A stretch of DNA of 64,000 nucleotides from an uncultured Bacteroidota bacterium (GCA_903838055.1 CAILWV010000016.1:91252-155251), one strand, 5' to 3'. Shown: positions 10,043 through 21,075, numbered from the stretch's first letter. A program made the numbers and translations. Notes: generated by a model not told the origin, from the sequence alone.

Positions 10043-11038
10043 ATGAATACAATTACAGCCGCAATTACCGCTGTCGGTGGTTATGTTCCAGATTACGTTC
10101 TTTCAAATCAAGTATTAGAAACTTTAGTTGATACTAACGATGAATGGATTTCGTCAAGAACTGGAATAAAAGAAAGACGATTATTAAAAGATCCCGGAAA
10201 AGGAACATCTTATTTAGCTATTAAAGCTGCTCAAGATTTACTTGAAAGAGGAAATATTGATCCAAAAGAAATTGATTTAGTAATATTAGCAACTGCTACT
10301 CCAGATATGCCTGTGGCAACAACTGGAGTGTATGTAGCAACTCAAATTGGCGCAGTTAATGCATTTGCCTATGACCTTTCAGCAGCTTGTTCAAGCTTTC
10401 TGTATGGAATGTCAGCAGCAGCAGCATATATCCAATCCGGTAGATATAAAAAGGTGTTAGTTATCGGTGCCGACAAAATGTCGTCAATTATTGATTATAC
10501 AGACAGAGCAACATGTATTATCTTTGGTGATGGTGCTGGTGCAGCATTATTTGAACCAAACTATGAAGGATTAGGATTACAAGATGAGTATCTTCGTTCT
10601 GATGGTATTGGAAGAGAATATTTAAAAATTGATGCAGGTGGGTCTATATTACCAGCATCTAAAGAAACTGTAGAAAATAGCCAACATTTTGTTTTTCAAG
10701 ATGGTAAAACTGTTTATAAATATGCAGTTTCTGGAATGGCAGATGTGAGTGAAAAAATTATGCAACGTAATAACCTTACTAAAGAAGATGTAAATTGGTT
10801 AATTGCACATCAAGCTAATAAAAGAATCATTGATGCAACAGCATCAAGAATGGACTTAGAAGAAGAAAAAGTATTGGTTAATATTCAAAAATATGGCAAC
10901 ACAACATCAGCAACTTTACCGTTGTTGTTAAGTGATTTTGAAAATAAATTTAAAAAAGGAGATACCCTTATTTTCGCTGCGTTTGGTGGAGGATTTACTT
11001 GGGGTTCAATATACCTTAAATGGGCTTATAACAAATAA
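10043..11038 (+). CDS. fabH: Beta-ketoacyl-ACP synthase III
   Basis: AACSSF (catalytic Cys), HQAN (His) and GNTTSA (Asn). Confidence 0.96.
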   Translation: MNTITAAITAVGGYVPDYVLSNQVLETLVDTNDEWISSRTGIKERRLLKDPGKGTSYLAIKAAQDLLERGNIDPKEIDLVILATATPDMPVATTGVYVATQIGAVNAFAYDLSAACSSFLYGMSAAAAYIQSGRYKKVLVIGADKMSSIIDYTDRATCIIFGDGAGAALFEPNYEGLGLQDEYLRSDGIGREYLKIDAGGSILPASKETVENSQHFVFQDGKTVYKYAVSGMADVSEKIMQRNNLTKEDVNWLIAHQANKRIIDATASRMDLEEEKVLVNIQKYGNTTSATLPLLLSDFENKFKKGDTLIFAAFGGGFTWGSIYLKWAYNK

Positions 11039-11064
11039 CAAACTATAACTAAAAAATACTAATT

Positions 11065-11544
11065 ATGGATTTAAAAGAAATTCAAAATCTAATCAAATTT
11101 GTATCTAATTCGGGAGTTGCAGAAGTAAAATTAGAAACAGGGGATGTTAAAATTACTATTAGAACTACTTTAGAAGGAAATGCTCCTGATATTACTTATT
11201 TACAACAAGCACCTGTTCAACAAGTAGTTCCTCAAGCAATTGCTGCTCCGGCTGCACCTGTTCAAGTTGCAGCACCACCTGTTGCAGTTGAAGAAACTTC
11301 TAAATATGTAACCATAAAATCTCCAATGATTGGTACTTTTTACAGAAAGCCAGCACCAGACAAACCTTATTTTGTGGAAGTTGGTTCATCTATTGGAAAA
11401 GGAGATGTGCTATGTGTAGTAGAAGCTATGAAATTATTCAATGAAATTGAAGCTGAAATTTCAGGTAAAATCGTTAAAATTCTTGTAGACGATATGTCTC
11501 CAATTGAATTTGACCAACCATTATTCTTAGTAGATCCTTCTTAA
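11065..11544 (+). CDS. accB: Acetyl-CoA carboxylase biotin carboxyl carrier protein
   Basis: EAMKLFNEI biotinylation motif and Ala/Pro linker. Confidence 0.97.
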   Translation: MDLKEIQNLIKFVSNSGVAEVKLETGDVKITIRTTLEGNAPDITYLQQAPVQQVVPQAIAAPAAPVQVAAPPVAVEETSKYVTIKSPMIGTFYRKPAPDKPYFVEVGSSIGKGDVLCVVEAMKLFNEIEAEISGKIVKILVDDMSPIEFDQPLFLVDPS

Positions 11545-11547
11545 ATC

Positions 11548-11622
11548 AATTAAAAATTAATTTAAAAATTAATCTCTTATCAAAGTATTTAATTTTTAAT
11601 TCTTAATTCTTAATTTTTAATT
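11548..11622. repeat. Inverted heptamer arrays (AATTAAA-like on the left, 5x YTTAATT on the right)
   Basis: Right: TTTAATT TTTAATT CTTAATT CTTAATT TTTAATT at 11588-11622. Left: AATTAAA/AATTAAT units at 11548-11573. Confidence 0.6.
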
Positions 11623-11631
11623 TTAAAAAAG

Positions 11632-12978
11632 ATGTTTAAAAAAATATTAATTGCCAATAGAGGGGAGATTGCTTTAAGAGTAATAAGAACTTGTAAAGAA
11701 ATGGGCATTAAAACCGTTGCAGTATATTCTACTGCAGACGCAGAAAGTCTTCACGTAAAATTTGCAGATGAAGCTGTTTGTATTGGGCCACCACCTAGTA
11801 ATTTATCGTATCTTAAAATGTCGAATATAATTGCAGCTGCCGAAATTACAAATGCCGATGCAATTCATCCTGGATACGGATTCTTGTCAGAAAATGCAAA
11901 ATTTTCTAAAATTTGTCAAGAACACGGAATCAAATTTATTGGAGCAGCTCCAGAAATGATTGATAGAATGGGAGACAAAGCTTCGGCTAAAGCTACCATG
12001 ATTGAAGCTGGTGTACCTTGTGTTCCAGGTTCGGTTGGAATCTTAGAATCCTACGAACAAGCAGAAAAATTAGCAGGTGAATTTGGATATCCAGTTATGC
12101 TAAAAGCAACTGCAGGAGGAGGAGGAAAAGGAATGCGAGCAGTATGGAAACAAGAAGACTTACTAAAAGCTTGGGAAGGTGCGCGCCAGGAATCGGCTGC
12201 TGCTTTTGGAAACGACGGAATGTATCTAGAAAAATTAATTGAAGAACCTCGTCATATTGAAATTCAAGTTGTAGGAGATTCCTATGGAAAAGCTTGTCAC
12301 TTATCTGAAAGAGATTGTTCGGTTCAAAGACGTCACCAAAAATTAACCGAAGAAACTCCTTCGCCGTTCATGACCGATGAATTGCGTAAAAAAATGGGAG
12401 AAGCTGCAGTAAAAGCTGCTGAATATATTAAATATGAAGGCGCAGGAACTGTAGAATTTTTAGTAGATAAACACCGAAATTTCTACTTTATGGAAATGAA
12501 TACTCGTATCCAAGTAGAACACCCAATTACGGAGCAAGTTGTTGATTATGATTTAATTCGCGAACAAATTCTTGTTGCTGCGGGTGTGCCTATTTCAGGT
12601 AAAAATTACTTCCCAAATCTTCACGCTATAGAATGCCGTATTAATGCAGAAGATCCTTACAACGATTTTCGTCCTTCACCAGGAAAAATTACAGTATTAC
12701 ATGCTCCTGGAGGTCATGGAGTACGTTTAGACACTCACGTTTACGCTGGCTATACTATTCCACCAAATTATGACTCAATGATTGCTAAGTTAATAACTAC
12801 TGCGCAAACTAGAGAAGAAGCAATAAATAAAATGAAACGTGCTTTAGATGAATTTTATATTGAAGGAATAAAAACTACAATACCTTTTCATCGTCAGTTA
12901 ATGGAAGAACCTGAATATGTTGCTGGTAATTATACCACTGCTTTCATGGAAACTTTCAAAATGAAAGATGTTGATTAA
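11632..12978 (+). CDS. accC: Acetyl-CoA carboxylase biotin carboxylase subunit
   Basis: [18 protein letters not shown] and [11 protein letters not shown] motifs. Confidence 0.97.
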   Translation: MFKKILIANRGEIALRVIRTCKEMGIKTVAVYSTADAESLHVKFADEAVCIGPPPSNLSYLKMSNIIAAAEITNADAIHPGYGFLSENAKFSKICQEHGIKFIGAAPEMIDRMGDKASAKATMIEAGVPCVPGSVGILESYEQAEKLAGEFGYPVMLKATAGGGGKGMRAVWKQEDLLKAWEGARQESAAAFGNDGMYLEKLIEEPRHIEIQVVGDSYGKACHLSERDCSVQRRHQKLTEETPSPFMTDELRKKMGEAAVKAAEYIKYEGAGTVEFLVDKHRNFYFMEMNTRIQVEHPITEQVVDYDLIREQILVAAGVPISGKNYFPNLHAIECRINAEDPYNDFRPSPGKITVLHAPGGHGVRLDTHVYAGYTIPPNYDSMIAKLITTAQTREEAINKMKRALDEFYIEGIKTTIPFHRQLMEEPEYVAGNYTTAFMETFKMKDVD

Positions 12979-12984
12979 AAATAC

Positions 12985-13018
12985 AAAAACCATTCGTTAA
13001 TTCGGATGGTTTTTTTTT
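12985..13018. terminator. Bidirectional intrinsic terminator
   Basis: AAAACCATTCG-loop-CGGATGGTTTT plus T-run between convergent genes. Confidence 0.65.
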
Positions 13019-13048
13019 AGAATTTGAATATATGATCCAATAAAAAAA

Positions 13049-15529
13049 TTAGAATCCTAAATCTAATAAATACGAGATTTTCAATGCTAAGTTGTCTTCA
13101 AATTTTGGTAATCCATTAGGTCCATATCTAAAGAAAAAAGTAAGTCCAAAACCTTTGTAAATTGAATTAGCTTCAACACCACTTTCTAAAAACCCCTTTT
13201 CTAACGTTTTATATTCAAGTCCAATGTGTTGATTAGGATTGTCGATTGTTCCAATTGCAATTCTACTAACTACCGAAATTAAAGGTTTTATTTTATATGC
13301 TAATTTCACTTTATTAAAAGTATGTTTGGCTTGAAAAGTTATATACTTACTGGAAAAAAACTCATTGAAATACATAGTTTCAAAACTATTTTTACCTGCA
13401 AAAGTTATTCTCTTTAGCATGGAATCCCTATTTAAATTATTCGGAGCAATACTGTAAAGATGTGTTAATGGCACATCGCCCAATGCTAATCCACCTTGCA
13501 AAGTTAACGAGGTTGTTTGTCCAGATAAATAAGGTATTTCATGAATAATGCGGAAATCAATTTTAGTAAAATCAAAATCACTTCCTAAAATGTTAGCTAA
13601 CGCTTTAGTAAACTGAAAGGCTATTTTAGGATGCTTTTTATTAATTTCTAATCTCCCGGTAGAGGTTTGCATATATTCGCTAAACGGATTCCATTGAATA
13701 GCAAATTGAACCGTTGAAGTATTGAAATTTATATATTCGTTATCTTTAGCAAGAAATTTATAATCAAATAATGGATTAATTTCACTTCTTGAAATACCAA
13801 AATAAGTATCTGTTTTTGCTAAAAATTTACTTTCTAAAAAGGCAGAAAACGTTTTGTAATTATAAAATGTTGAAATATTTATTGGTCTTGAATCATATAT
13901 TTTAAAACGTTTGTTTTCGGTTGCAAATTCAATTTGTCCAATTTCTTTTAAATCATTTGTATAAGATGTGCTTACCCAAGTACTGGTTTCTTTATTTAAA
14001 AGATAAGAAGGCGAAACATTATATTTAAGTTTATCATCTTTAAAACCATAAGCTAAATAACCACTAATCTTATATTTTTCAGATAGTTTATTATTGGTTA
14101 CCCCTCCTAATCCCAATCGGAAACCTTCAAAATTATTGTACTTTATAATTGATTTTAAATCGACATCTATACAATTTACTGGGTAATATCCATTAAAGAT
14201 TTTGCGGCCCAAAAATATTTTATGTTCAATTTTTCCTGCTTCTGATAAACTATCCAAACTAACATACGTTGGAATTTTTCGGACATCAAGTGAATCTTTT
14301 TGAAAATTCGTCCAATAGGAATCCGGCTTGGACATACTGTTTTCTGGAACAGAAATTTTAATTGCAGAATTTTTAAAAAGAACTTCTCGATTTATTTTAA
14401 TATCAAACGGGGTAGACTCTAATTTTAAATAACATTGATCAGAAGCATCTGTACTTATTCCATCCAAACCCGAATTGAATTTAATTGTACTTCCTAGGAT
14501 ATTTAAATCTTCTGTATTATTGCCCTTTACCAGAATAATTTTCCTTTTTTCGGGGAACCAAATAGCGTTTTCTTTTAAATAATTAAAAGTATACAAAGCA
14601 TTGATATTTGCAATACCATAAATTCTAAAAAATGCTTTACACAAAGCATTACTTTCTGCATCTACATAAAGTAATCCTCTTAATCTATTAGAATCTAATT
14701 TTTTAGGCTGAAAATAGATCCTGTAAGCAGTTCGCCCTTGAATAGTAACAGTATCTATGATTTTAAAAACATACAATTTTCTACCATAATTAGAAATAGG
14801 GTTGTGTATGGAAACGCCAAGAATGTCTAATTTATTTTCATAAAGCGAATATGTCATTAAATTCAAACCCAAATATTCGTATAACGGCTTCTTAAATCCT
14901 GCCATTCTAGAAGCCAAAACAGTTTCTTTTGTTCCATGACGGTTAAACTGAATTAGGTTTACTTTTTCGGTTTGGTATAGGTGTTGCTTTTCTGAAAATC
15001 GTTTAAATTTAAAATTAGTTGAATCTAACTTGATTTTCTTTCTACCAAAAAAACTTTTTTTGATTACAGTGTCAATTTTTTTTGAAATAGAATCTGGATT
15101 GGCAGAAACCAATAAATGTTCATAATTTTTATATTCAAAAGTGGTTAGTGCTTTTTCTGGCTGGTTTTTAGGTTTGCTCTCTATCACTTTTTTCAGAATA
15201 GAATTCACTTGATTTTCCGAAAAAATCTCTTGCTCTTTTAGAGAATTGTTGGAGACCATTTTAATTAAAAAAAAATTAACACCAACAGTTTGGTAGTAAC
15301 TTTTATCGTAGTATCCTTTATAAGTAAAAAGTATTGGCTTGGAATTTTCTTGAATTTCTATACTAAATTTTCCTTCCCAATTTGAAGTTATGGCTTTGTT
15401 ATTGTAGGTAATATTAGCGAAAGCTATGGGAATAGATGTGTCATAATCAATGACTTGACCTTGCATCGTTTTTTGAGAAAAAACTAACGAACAAAAGGAT
15501 AATGCTAATAAAACCCAAAAAATTTTCAT
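13049..15529 (-). CDS. DUF5686 family outer-membrane protein with N-terminal carboxypeptidase-regulatory-like domain
   Basis: Signal peptide, GQVIDYDTSIPIAFANI (CarboxypepD_reg-like), a beta-barrel-like C-terminus ending in F, 826 aa. Confidence 0.7.
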   Translation of the reverse strand: MKIFWVLLALSFCSLVFSQKTMQGQVIDYDTSIPIAFANITYNNKAITSNWEGKFSIEIQENSKPILFTYKGYYDKSYYQTVGVNFFLIKMVSNNSLKEQEIFSENQVNSILKKVIESKPKNQPEKALTTFEYKNYEHLLVSANPDSISKKIDTVIKKSFFGRKKIKLDSTNFKFKRFSEKQHLYQTEKVNLIQFNRHGTKETVLASRMAGFKKPLYEYLGLNLMTYSLYENKLDILGVSIHNPISNYGRKLYVFKIIDTVTIQGRTAYRIYFQPKKLDSNRLRGLLYVDAESNALCKAFFRIYGIANINALYTFNYLKENAIWFPEKRKIILVKGNNTEDLNILGSTIKFNSGLDGISTDASDQCYLKLESTPFDIKINREVLFKNSAIKISVPENSMSKPDSYWTNFQKDSLDVRKIPTYVSLDSLSEAGKIEHKIFLGRKIFNGYYPVNCIDVDLKSIIKYNNFEGFRLGLGGVTNNKLSEKYKISGYLAYGFKDDKLKYNVSPSYLLNKETSTWVSTSYTNDLKEIGQIEFATENKRFKIYDSRPINISTFYNYKTFSAFLESKFLAKTDTYFGISRSEINPLFDYKFLAKDNEYINFNTSTVQFAIQWNPFSEYMQTSTGRLEINKKHPKIAFQFTKALANILGSDFDFTKIDFRIIHEIPYLSGQTTSLTLQGGLALGDVPLTHLYSIAPNNLNRDSMLKRITFAGKNSFETMYFNEFFSSKYITFQAKHTFNKVKLAYKIKPLISVVSRIAIGTIDNPNQHIGLEYKTLEKGFLESGVEANSIYKGFGLTFFFRYGPNGLPKFEDNLALKISYLLDLGF

Positions 15530-15585
15530 GCAAAGGATTTTGCTTAATAGAACATAATAACTTTAATTGTGACAAATGTAACATT

Positions 15586-15618
15586 AAAAAAATCCGTGCC
15601 ATAAAAGGAACGGATTTT
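15586..15618 (-). terminator. Intrinsic terminator after frr
   Basis: AAAATCCGT...ACGGATTTT stem with an A-run (U-tract on the minus strand). Confidence 0.55.
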
Positions 15619-15636
15619 AATATAGATTTAACGAAG

Positions 15637-16197
15637 TTAGACTTTCATTATTTCGGCCTCTTTATGAACTAAATGTTCCTCAATTTTTTTAATAAATGCG
15701 TCTGTTAATTTTTGAATATCCTCTTCAGCTTTCTTACATAAATCTTCAGAAGTCCCCTCTTTTTCTAATTTTTTAATATCCGAATTAGCATCTTTTCTGT
15801 GATTACGGATTCCAATTTTAGCATCTTCCGCTTCTTGCTTAGCCTGTTTTACCAAGTCTTTACGACGTTCTTCCGTTAATGGCGGAACGCTAATAATTAC
15901 TAAATCACCATTATTCATTGGGTTAAAACCAAGATTTGCAATCATTATTGCTTTTTCAATTGGCTGCAACATACTTTTTTCATATGGCTGAATAGTAATC
16001 GTTCTAGCATCTGGCACATTAACATTAGCTATTTGAGAAAGTGGGGTTTGCGAACCATAATAATCTACAAAAACACTCCCTAACATCTGTGGAGATGCTT
16101 TACCAGCACGAATATTTAAAAATGATTTTTCTAAGTGGTCTACAGAACCGTTCATGGCTTCTTTAGCGCCATCAATTATAAATTCAATTTCTTCCAT
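15637..16197 (-). CDS. frr: Ribosome recycling factor
   Basis: IRAGKASP, NLGFNPMNNG and PPLTEERRK motifs; follows pyrH. Confidence 0.97.
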   Translation of the reverse strand: MEEIEFIIDGAKEAMNGSVDHLEKSFLNIRAGKASPQMLGSVFVDYYGSQTPLSQIANVNVPDARTITIQPYEKSMLQPIEKAIMIANLGFNPMNNGDLVIISVPPLTEERRKDLVKQAKQEAEDAKIGIRNHRKDANSDIKKLEKEGTSEDLCKKAEEDIQKLTDAFIKKIEEHLVHKEAEIMKV

Positions 16198-16204
16198 TTT
16201 TTAT

Positions 16205-16267
16205 TTAGATTTTCAGATTTTTAAACTTTTAGATTTTTAGATAATCTTATATTCTAAAAATCTAAGT
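16205..16267. repeat. Inverted octamer arrays (TTAGATTT x5 versus TCTAA at 8-nt period x3)
   Basis: TTAGATTT TCAGATTT TTAAACTT TTAGATTT TTAGATAA at 16205-16244, then TCTTA/TCTAA/TCTAA starting at 16245, 16253 and 16261. Confidence 0.6.
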
Positions 16268-16281
16268 AGTCAAATAGTCTA

Positions 16282-16989
16282 TTAAATATTTACAACAGTA
16301 CCTACATTTTCTCCTTCACATATTTTCAAAAGATTTCCTTTTTTATTCATGTCAAAAACTATTATAGGTAATTTATTTTCCTGACTTAAGGTAAACGCAG
16401 TGGTATCCATAACATTTAACCCTTTTTTTAACACATCATCAAAAGAAATATAATCAAATTTCACTGCAGCTTTATCTTTTTCTGGGTCTGCTGTATAAAT
16501 TCCGTCTACTCTAGTTCCCTTTAAAATAACATCGGCATGCACTTCTACACCACGCAAAACCGCGGCTGTATCGGTCGTGAAATACGGATTTCCAGTTCCA
16601 GCTCCAAAAATAACTACCCTACCTTTTTCAAGATGGCGAACTGCTCTTCTTTTAATATACGGCTCAGCAATAGCTTCAATTTTCAAGGCAGTTTGTAATC
16701 TTGTCAAAATTCCTTTGTCTTCCAATGCTCCTTGCAAAGCCATACCATTTATTATAGTTGCAAGCATTCCCATATAGTCACCTTGCACTCTATCCATTCC
16801 ATTACTTGCGCCAGCTACTCCTCTAAAAATGTTTCCACCTCCAATAACGATTGCAATTTCTACACCTTTATCGTGAATCTGCTTAATTTCATCTGCATAT
16901 TCAGAAAGAATTTTTGGATCTATTCCATATTGTCTCTCTCCCATTAATGCTTCACCACTTAATTTTAGAAGAATTCTTTTGTATTTCAT
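16282..16989 (-). CDS. pyrH: UMP kinase
   Basis: [20 protein letters not shown] and [11 protein letters not shown] motifs. Confidence 0.97.
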   Translation of the reverse strand: MKYKRILLKLSGEALMGERQYGIDPKILSEYADEIKQIHDKGVEIAIVIGGGNIFRGVAGASNGMDRVQGDYMGMLATIINGMALQGALEDKGILTRLQTALKIEAIAEPYIKRRAVRHLEKGRVVIFGAGTGNPYFTTDTAAVLRGVEVHADVILKGTRVDGIYTADPEKDKAAVKFDYISFDDVLKKGLNVMDTTAFTLSQENKLPIIVFDMNKKGNLLKICEGENVGTVVNI

Positions 16990-17183
16990 TGTTGTTTTTT
17001 GGTGTTTATTAGAGTACCATTATTACAAATACTCCTCCTTTTGATGTCGTATTGTTTTAATTTGTTTTGCAAATATAAACATTTCCTTTTTTTATTTATA
17101 TGTCAATTTTCAAGTTATGTAACATTTCTTACAATATGATTTTTCCAGAATTGTATCTTTGCTCTATAAACAAATAATCTACT

Positions 17184-17777
17184 ATGAATTCTATACTAAA
17201 TAATAGCATTGCCAAAAGCAAAACCTACCAAGAATACAGAAATCTAATTGCTAAATTTGCTCAAGAAGGAAAAACATCTGGAAAGAATTCCTCTCCAGAA
17301 TATATAAATTACACCAAATTAAACGAGTCGCGAATGCACCGATTAGACAAAACCTTGGAAGTAGTTGAAGAAGTAAAATCGTTTTTAGAAAAACTATCTG
17401 TAGATTATTTTTGGCTGGTTCTTGCCGAAAGTTGGTGTGGAGATGCAGCTCAAATTTTACCCGTTATTAATAAAATGTCGGAGGTTTCTGATAAAATAGA
17501 TCTACGAATTGTTTTCCGAGATGAAAATGAAGAATTAATGAATTTATTTTTAACAGATGGTACAAAGTCAATTCCTAAATTGATTATTATTGATAAAAAA
17601 ACAAAAACAATAATTGGAGATTTCGGACCAAGACCAAAACCTGCAAAACAATTAATTGTAGACTATAAAGCTGCTAATGGAGTTGTAGATGAAACTGCAA
17701 AAATAGAATTGCAAAAATGGTATCTTGCCGATAAAGGAATTACTATCCAAAGGGAAATTATAGCATTGTTATCTTAA
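17184..17777 (+). CDS. Thioredoxin-fold protein (single-Cys WCGD type)
   Basis: AESWCGDAAQILP and cis-Pro region SIPKLII. Confidence 0.8.
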   Translation: MNSILNNSIAKSKTYQEYRNLIAKFAQEGKTSGKNSSPEYINYTKLNESRMHRLDKTLEVVEEVKSFLEKLSVDYFWLVLAESWCGDAAQILPVINKMSEVSDKIDLRIVFRDENEELMNLFLTDGTKSIPKLIIIDKKTKTIIGDFGPRPKPAKQLIVDYKAANGVVDETAKIELQKWYLADKGITIQREIIALLS

Positions 17778-17787
17778 ATAATAAGTG

Positions 17788-18171
17788 CTATTTTACAATT
17801 CCGTTTTCTGGAACTGTTTCAACTGGAGTTACTTCCTTTTTTCCAGATAATTTATCATTATCATTGGTAAGACGCTCTTTTACCTCATCATACATCTTTT
17901 TGTATTCTTTAATATCAGACGCATAATATTGGGTACTTTTAGCAAAAGTCAAACTATCTACTTTATATTTATTTTTAATGAATTCCGTTGGTTTTATGAA
18001 ATTCTGAACAGAGGAGTTTTGTGTTCTTGCAGCTTCTAGTATCGCTAAATCATAAATAATTTCTTCCATTTTATCTCTAGGAATAAGATTTTTTGGTTTA
18101 GGAATAATTTCGTCTTTGCAACTTACAAATGCAAAAATGAGCACTATGAATGGTAAAATATTTTTTTTCAT
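17788..18171 (-). CDS. DUF4296-like lipoprotein
   Basis: Lipobox FVSC followed by KDE, and PKPKNLIPRDKMEEIIYD. Confidence 0.75.
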   Translation of the reverse strand: MKKNILPFIVLIFAFVSCKDEIIPKPKNLIPRDKMEEIIYDLAILEAARTQNSSVQNFIKPTEFIKNKYKVDSLTFAKSTQYYASDIKEYKKMYDEVKERLTNDNDKLSGKKEVTPVETVPENGIVK

Positions 18172-18179
18172 ATTATAGA

Positions 18180-19520
18180 TTATCTGTCAAATTGCAATCT
18201 TTGCCCTGCCTTTATTTCTTTAACTTTAGCATTTTCATATACTAATTGACCATTTACAAAAGTATGCGAAATTCTTGATTTAAAATTTGCTCCTTCAAAT
18301 GGAGACCATCCGCATTGGTACAAAATATTGTCTTTGTTAACACTCCAAGGTTTAGATGGGTTTACAATTGCCAAATCGGCATAATATCCTTCTTTTATAA
18401 AACCTCTTTTTTCAATTTTAAAAACAATAGCAGGATTGTGACACATTTTTTGAACAATTTTCTCTACCGATATTTTTCCGTTATGGTATGCTTCAAATAA
18501 TGCAACCACAGCATGTTGTACTAAAGGACCACCGGAAGGAGCGCTAGTATATTTTTGAGATTTCTCTTCTAAAGTATGAGGGGCATGATCGGTAGCGATG
18601 ACATCAATAGTATCATTTAGAAGTGCATTCCATAATGCATCTCTATCGGCAACAGTTTTTACAGCAGGGTTCCATTTGATAAAATTACCCTTAGTAGCAT
18701 AATCTTCATTGGAAAACCAAAGGTGATGAATACAGACTTCTGCAGTAATTTGCTTTTCGGCTAAAGGAATTTTATTTGAAAAAAGTTCCATTTCTTTGGC
18801 GGTAGATAAGTGAAAAACGTGTAATCTTGCTCCTGTTTTTTTTGCTAAAGCAATTGCTTTGGATGAAGAAATATAGCAGGCATCTTCACTTCGAATCAAA
18901 TGGTGCATTGTAACTGGAATATCTTCACCAAATTCGGCTTTATATTTTTCTAAATTTGCTTTTATTGTAGCCTCATCTTCACAATGAACGGCAATTAGCA
19001 TTTTTGTACTTGAAAATATTTTTTCTAATGTAGCTTCATTATCAACCAACATATTTCCTGTTGAAGAACCTAAAAATAATTTTATTCCAGCAACATTTTT
19101 TGGGTTAGTTTTTAAAATTTCATCCAAATTGTCATTGGTACCTCCCATCATAAAAGAATAATTAGCATAGGAAGTTTGAGAAGCAATTTGATATTTTTGC
19201 TCTAATAATTCTTGAGTTACTGCATTTGGCAACGTATTCGGTTGTTCAATGAACGAGGTAATTCCTCCCGCAATAGCTGCCCTACTTTCGGAAGCAATAG
19301 TCCCTTTATGAGTTAATCCTGGTTCGCGAAAATGGACTTGATCATCAATAGCACCCGGAATTAAAAAGTTTCCTTCGGCATCAATAACTTTGCAATTAGA
19401 ACTTTTATGACTAATACTTTGACCTATTTCTTTAATGTATTCTCCTTCAATCAATACATCTCCTTCAAAAATTAATCCTTCATTTACAATCTTCGCATTC
19501 TTAATTAAAACGGTGTTCAT
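18180..19520 (-). CDS. pyrC: Dihydroorotase
   Basis: DDQVHFREPG, HCED, HVFHLST and ATDHAPH metal ligands. Confidence 0.9.
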   Translation of the reverse strand: MNTVLIKNAKIVNEGLIFEGDVLIEGEYIKEIGQSISHKSSNCKVIDAEGNFLIPGAIDDQVHFREPGLTHKGTIASESRAAIAGGITSFIEQPNTLPNAVTQELLEQKYQIASQTSYANYSFMMGGTNDNLDEILKTNPKNVAGIKLFLGSSTGNMLVDNEATLEKIFSSTKMLIAVHCEDEATIKANLEKYKAEFGEDIPVTMHHLIRSEDACYISSSKAIALAKKTGARLHVFHLSTAKEMELFSNKIPLAEKQITAEVCIHHLWFSNEDYATKGNFIKWNPAVKTVADRDALWNALLNDTIDVIATDHAPHTLEEKSQKYTSAPSGGPLVQHAVVALFEAYHNGKISVEKIVQKMCHNPAIVFKIEKRGFIKEGYYADLAIVNPSKPWSVNKDNILYQCGWSPFEGANFKSRISHTFVNGQLVYENAKVKEIKAGQRLQFDR

Positions 19521-19570
19521 GATTTATTCTCCTTATTTTGAAGCTCTATTTATTAGAGCATAAAATTAAT

Positions 19571-20296
19571 TTATAGGTTATTAAACATTTTTTTTATTCG
19601 TAAAGTCAAAACTCCAAAAATGGCCTCCTTAATAATGGAACCACTCATTTTAGACTGCCCTTTAGTTCTATCCGTAAAAATAACTGGGACCTCTTTAATA
19701 TGGAACTTTTTTGAAAATGCACGGTATTTCATTTCAATTTGAAAAGCATAACCAATAAACTTAATTTTATCTAAATTGATAGTTTCTAAAACTTTTCTAC
19801 TGTAACAAATAAAGCCTGCTGTAGCATCCATAATTTTCATTCCTGTAATCATTCTCACATAAACTGAAGCAAAATAGGAAAGCAAAACTCGGCTTAATGG
19901 CCAGTTTACAACATTTACACCAGTCACATATCGAGAACCAATTGCAATATCCGCACCCCCTAAATGACAAGCATCATATAAACGTTCTAAATCTTGAGGA
20001 TTATGTGAAAAATCGGCATCCATTTCAAAAATAAATTCATAATTTCTAGCTAATGCCCATTTAAATCCATGAACATAAGCAGTACCGAGACCTGCTTTCT
20101 TTAGGCGTTGCTCTAAAAACAAATTATCAGAAAATTCTATTTGAAGTTCTTTAACTTTATCCGATGTTTTATCCGGCGAATTGTCATCCACAATTAATAC
20201 ATGGAAGGATTTAGATAATGAAAATACAGCTCTTACTATGCTTTCAATATTTTCAATTTCGTTATAAGTTGGTATAATTACAAGACCACAATTCAT
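19571..20296 (-). CDS. Polyprenol monophosphomannose synthase-like GT2
   Basis: IIPTYNE, VDDNSPD and EMDADFSH motifs. Confidence 0.85.
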   Translation of the reverse strand: MNCGLVIIPTYNEIENIESIVRAVFSLSKSFHVLIVDDNSPDKTSDKVKELQIEFSDNLFLEQRLKKAGLGTAYVHGFKWALARNYEFIFEMDADFSHNPQDLERLYDACHLGGADIAIGSRYVTGVNVVNWPLSRVLLSYFASVYVRMITGMKIMDATAGFICYSRKVLETINLDKIKFIGYAFQIEMKYRAFSKKFHIKEVPVIFTDRTKGQSKMSGSIIKEAIFGVLTLRIKKMFNNL

Positions 20297-20401
20297 AGTT
20301 AAAGTAAAATAGTTTAGGCAAAAATAATCATTTTATACCATCCTAATCTTAATAAAATTATAATAGTACGGAACAAATAAAATTTAGTAATTTTGCGACA
20401 C

Positions 20402-21067
20402 ATGATAGCACTTCAATTACATCATAGATTAATAGAAAATAAAGACTGGGCAACACTTATTATTGTGCTTTCTTTAGTGTTTATTGCTATTGCAAAATCA
20501 GCATTTGAATCTCGATTTAACGATTTCATAAAACTTATTGTATCCAATAAATACAACAAAATTTATAGAGAAAGTTCCCATTTAATGAGTGGTTTCAATG
20601 TGTTGCTTCTAATGGTTAATCTAATATCCTTTTCTTTTTTTATTCAATTAATTTTCTTTCATTTAGGAATTGGAGAAAAAGCAGATTGGATTTTATTTAC
20701 AAGAATATTTACACTTCTCACAGTATTTATTCTTTCTAAATTCTTAATTGAAAAAATAATTGCCACTGTTTTTGGAATTGAAGAAGTCATAGAGCAGTTT
20801 AATTTACAGAAAGTTACCTACAGAACTTACATCGGGCTTTTATTATTGCCATTAACCATAATTCTTTATTATAGCAATAACATTGCAAATGCAATAATTT
20901 ACAGCATTATTATTGTTTTATTAACAATAAATTTACTTACTTATTTTATTTCTTTAAAAATTTATCAAAATTTTATATTTAGTAAGTTCTTTTATTTTAT
21001 TTTGTATCTTTGCGCTCTTGAAATAGCCCCTTATTATTTCATATATTATTTGATTACAAAAAAATAG
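20402..21067 (+). CDS. DUF4271-like membrane protein
   Basis: Multi-TM with C-terminal FYFILYLCALEIAP. ATG at 20402. Confidence 0.75.
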   Translation: MIALQLHHRLIENKDWATLIIVLSLVFIAIAKSAFESRFNDFIKLIVSNKYNKIYRESSHLMSGFNVLLLMVNLISFSFFIQLIFFHLGIGEKADWILFTRIFTLLTVFILSKFLIEKIIATVFGIEEVIEQFNLQKVTYRTYIGLLLLPLTIILYYSNNIANAIIYSIIIVLLTINLLTYFISLKIYQNFIFSKFFYFILYLCALEIAPYYFIYYLITKK

Positions 21068-21075
21068 AGCGCAAT

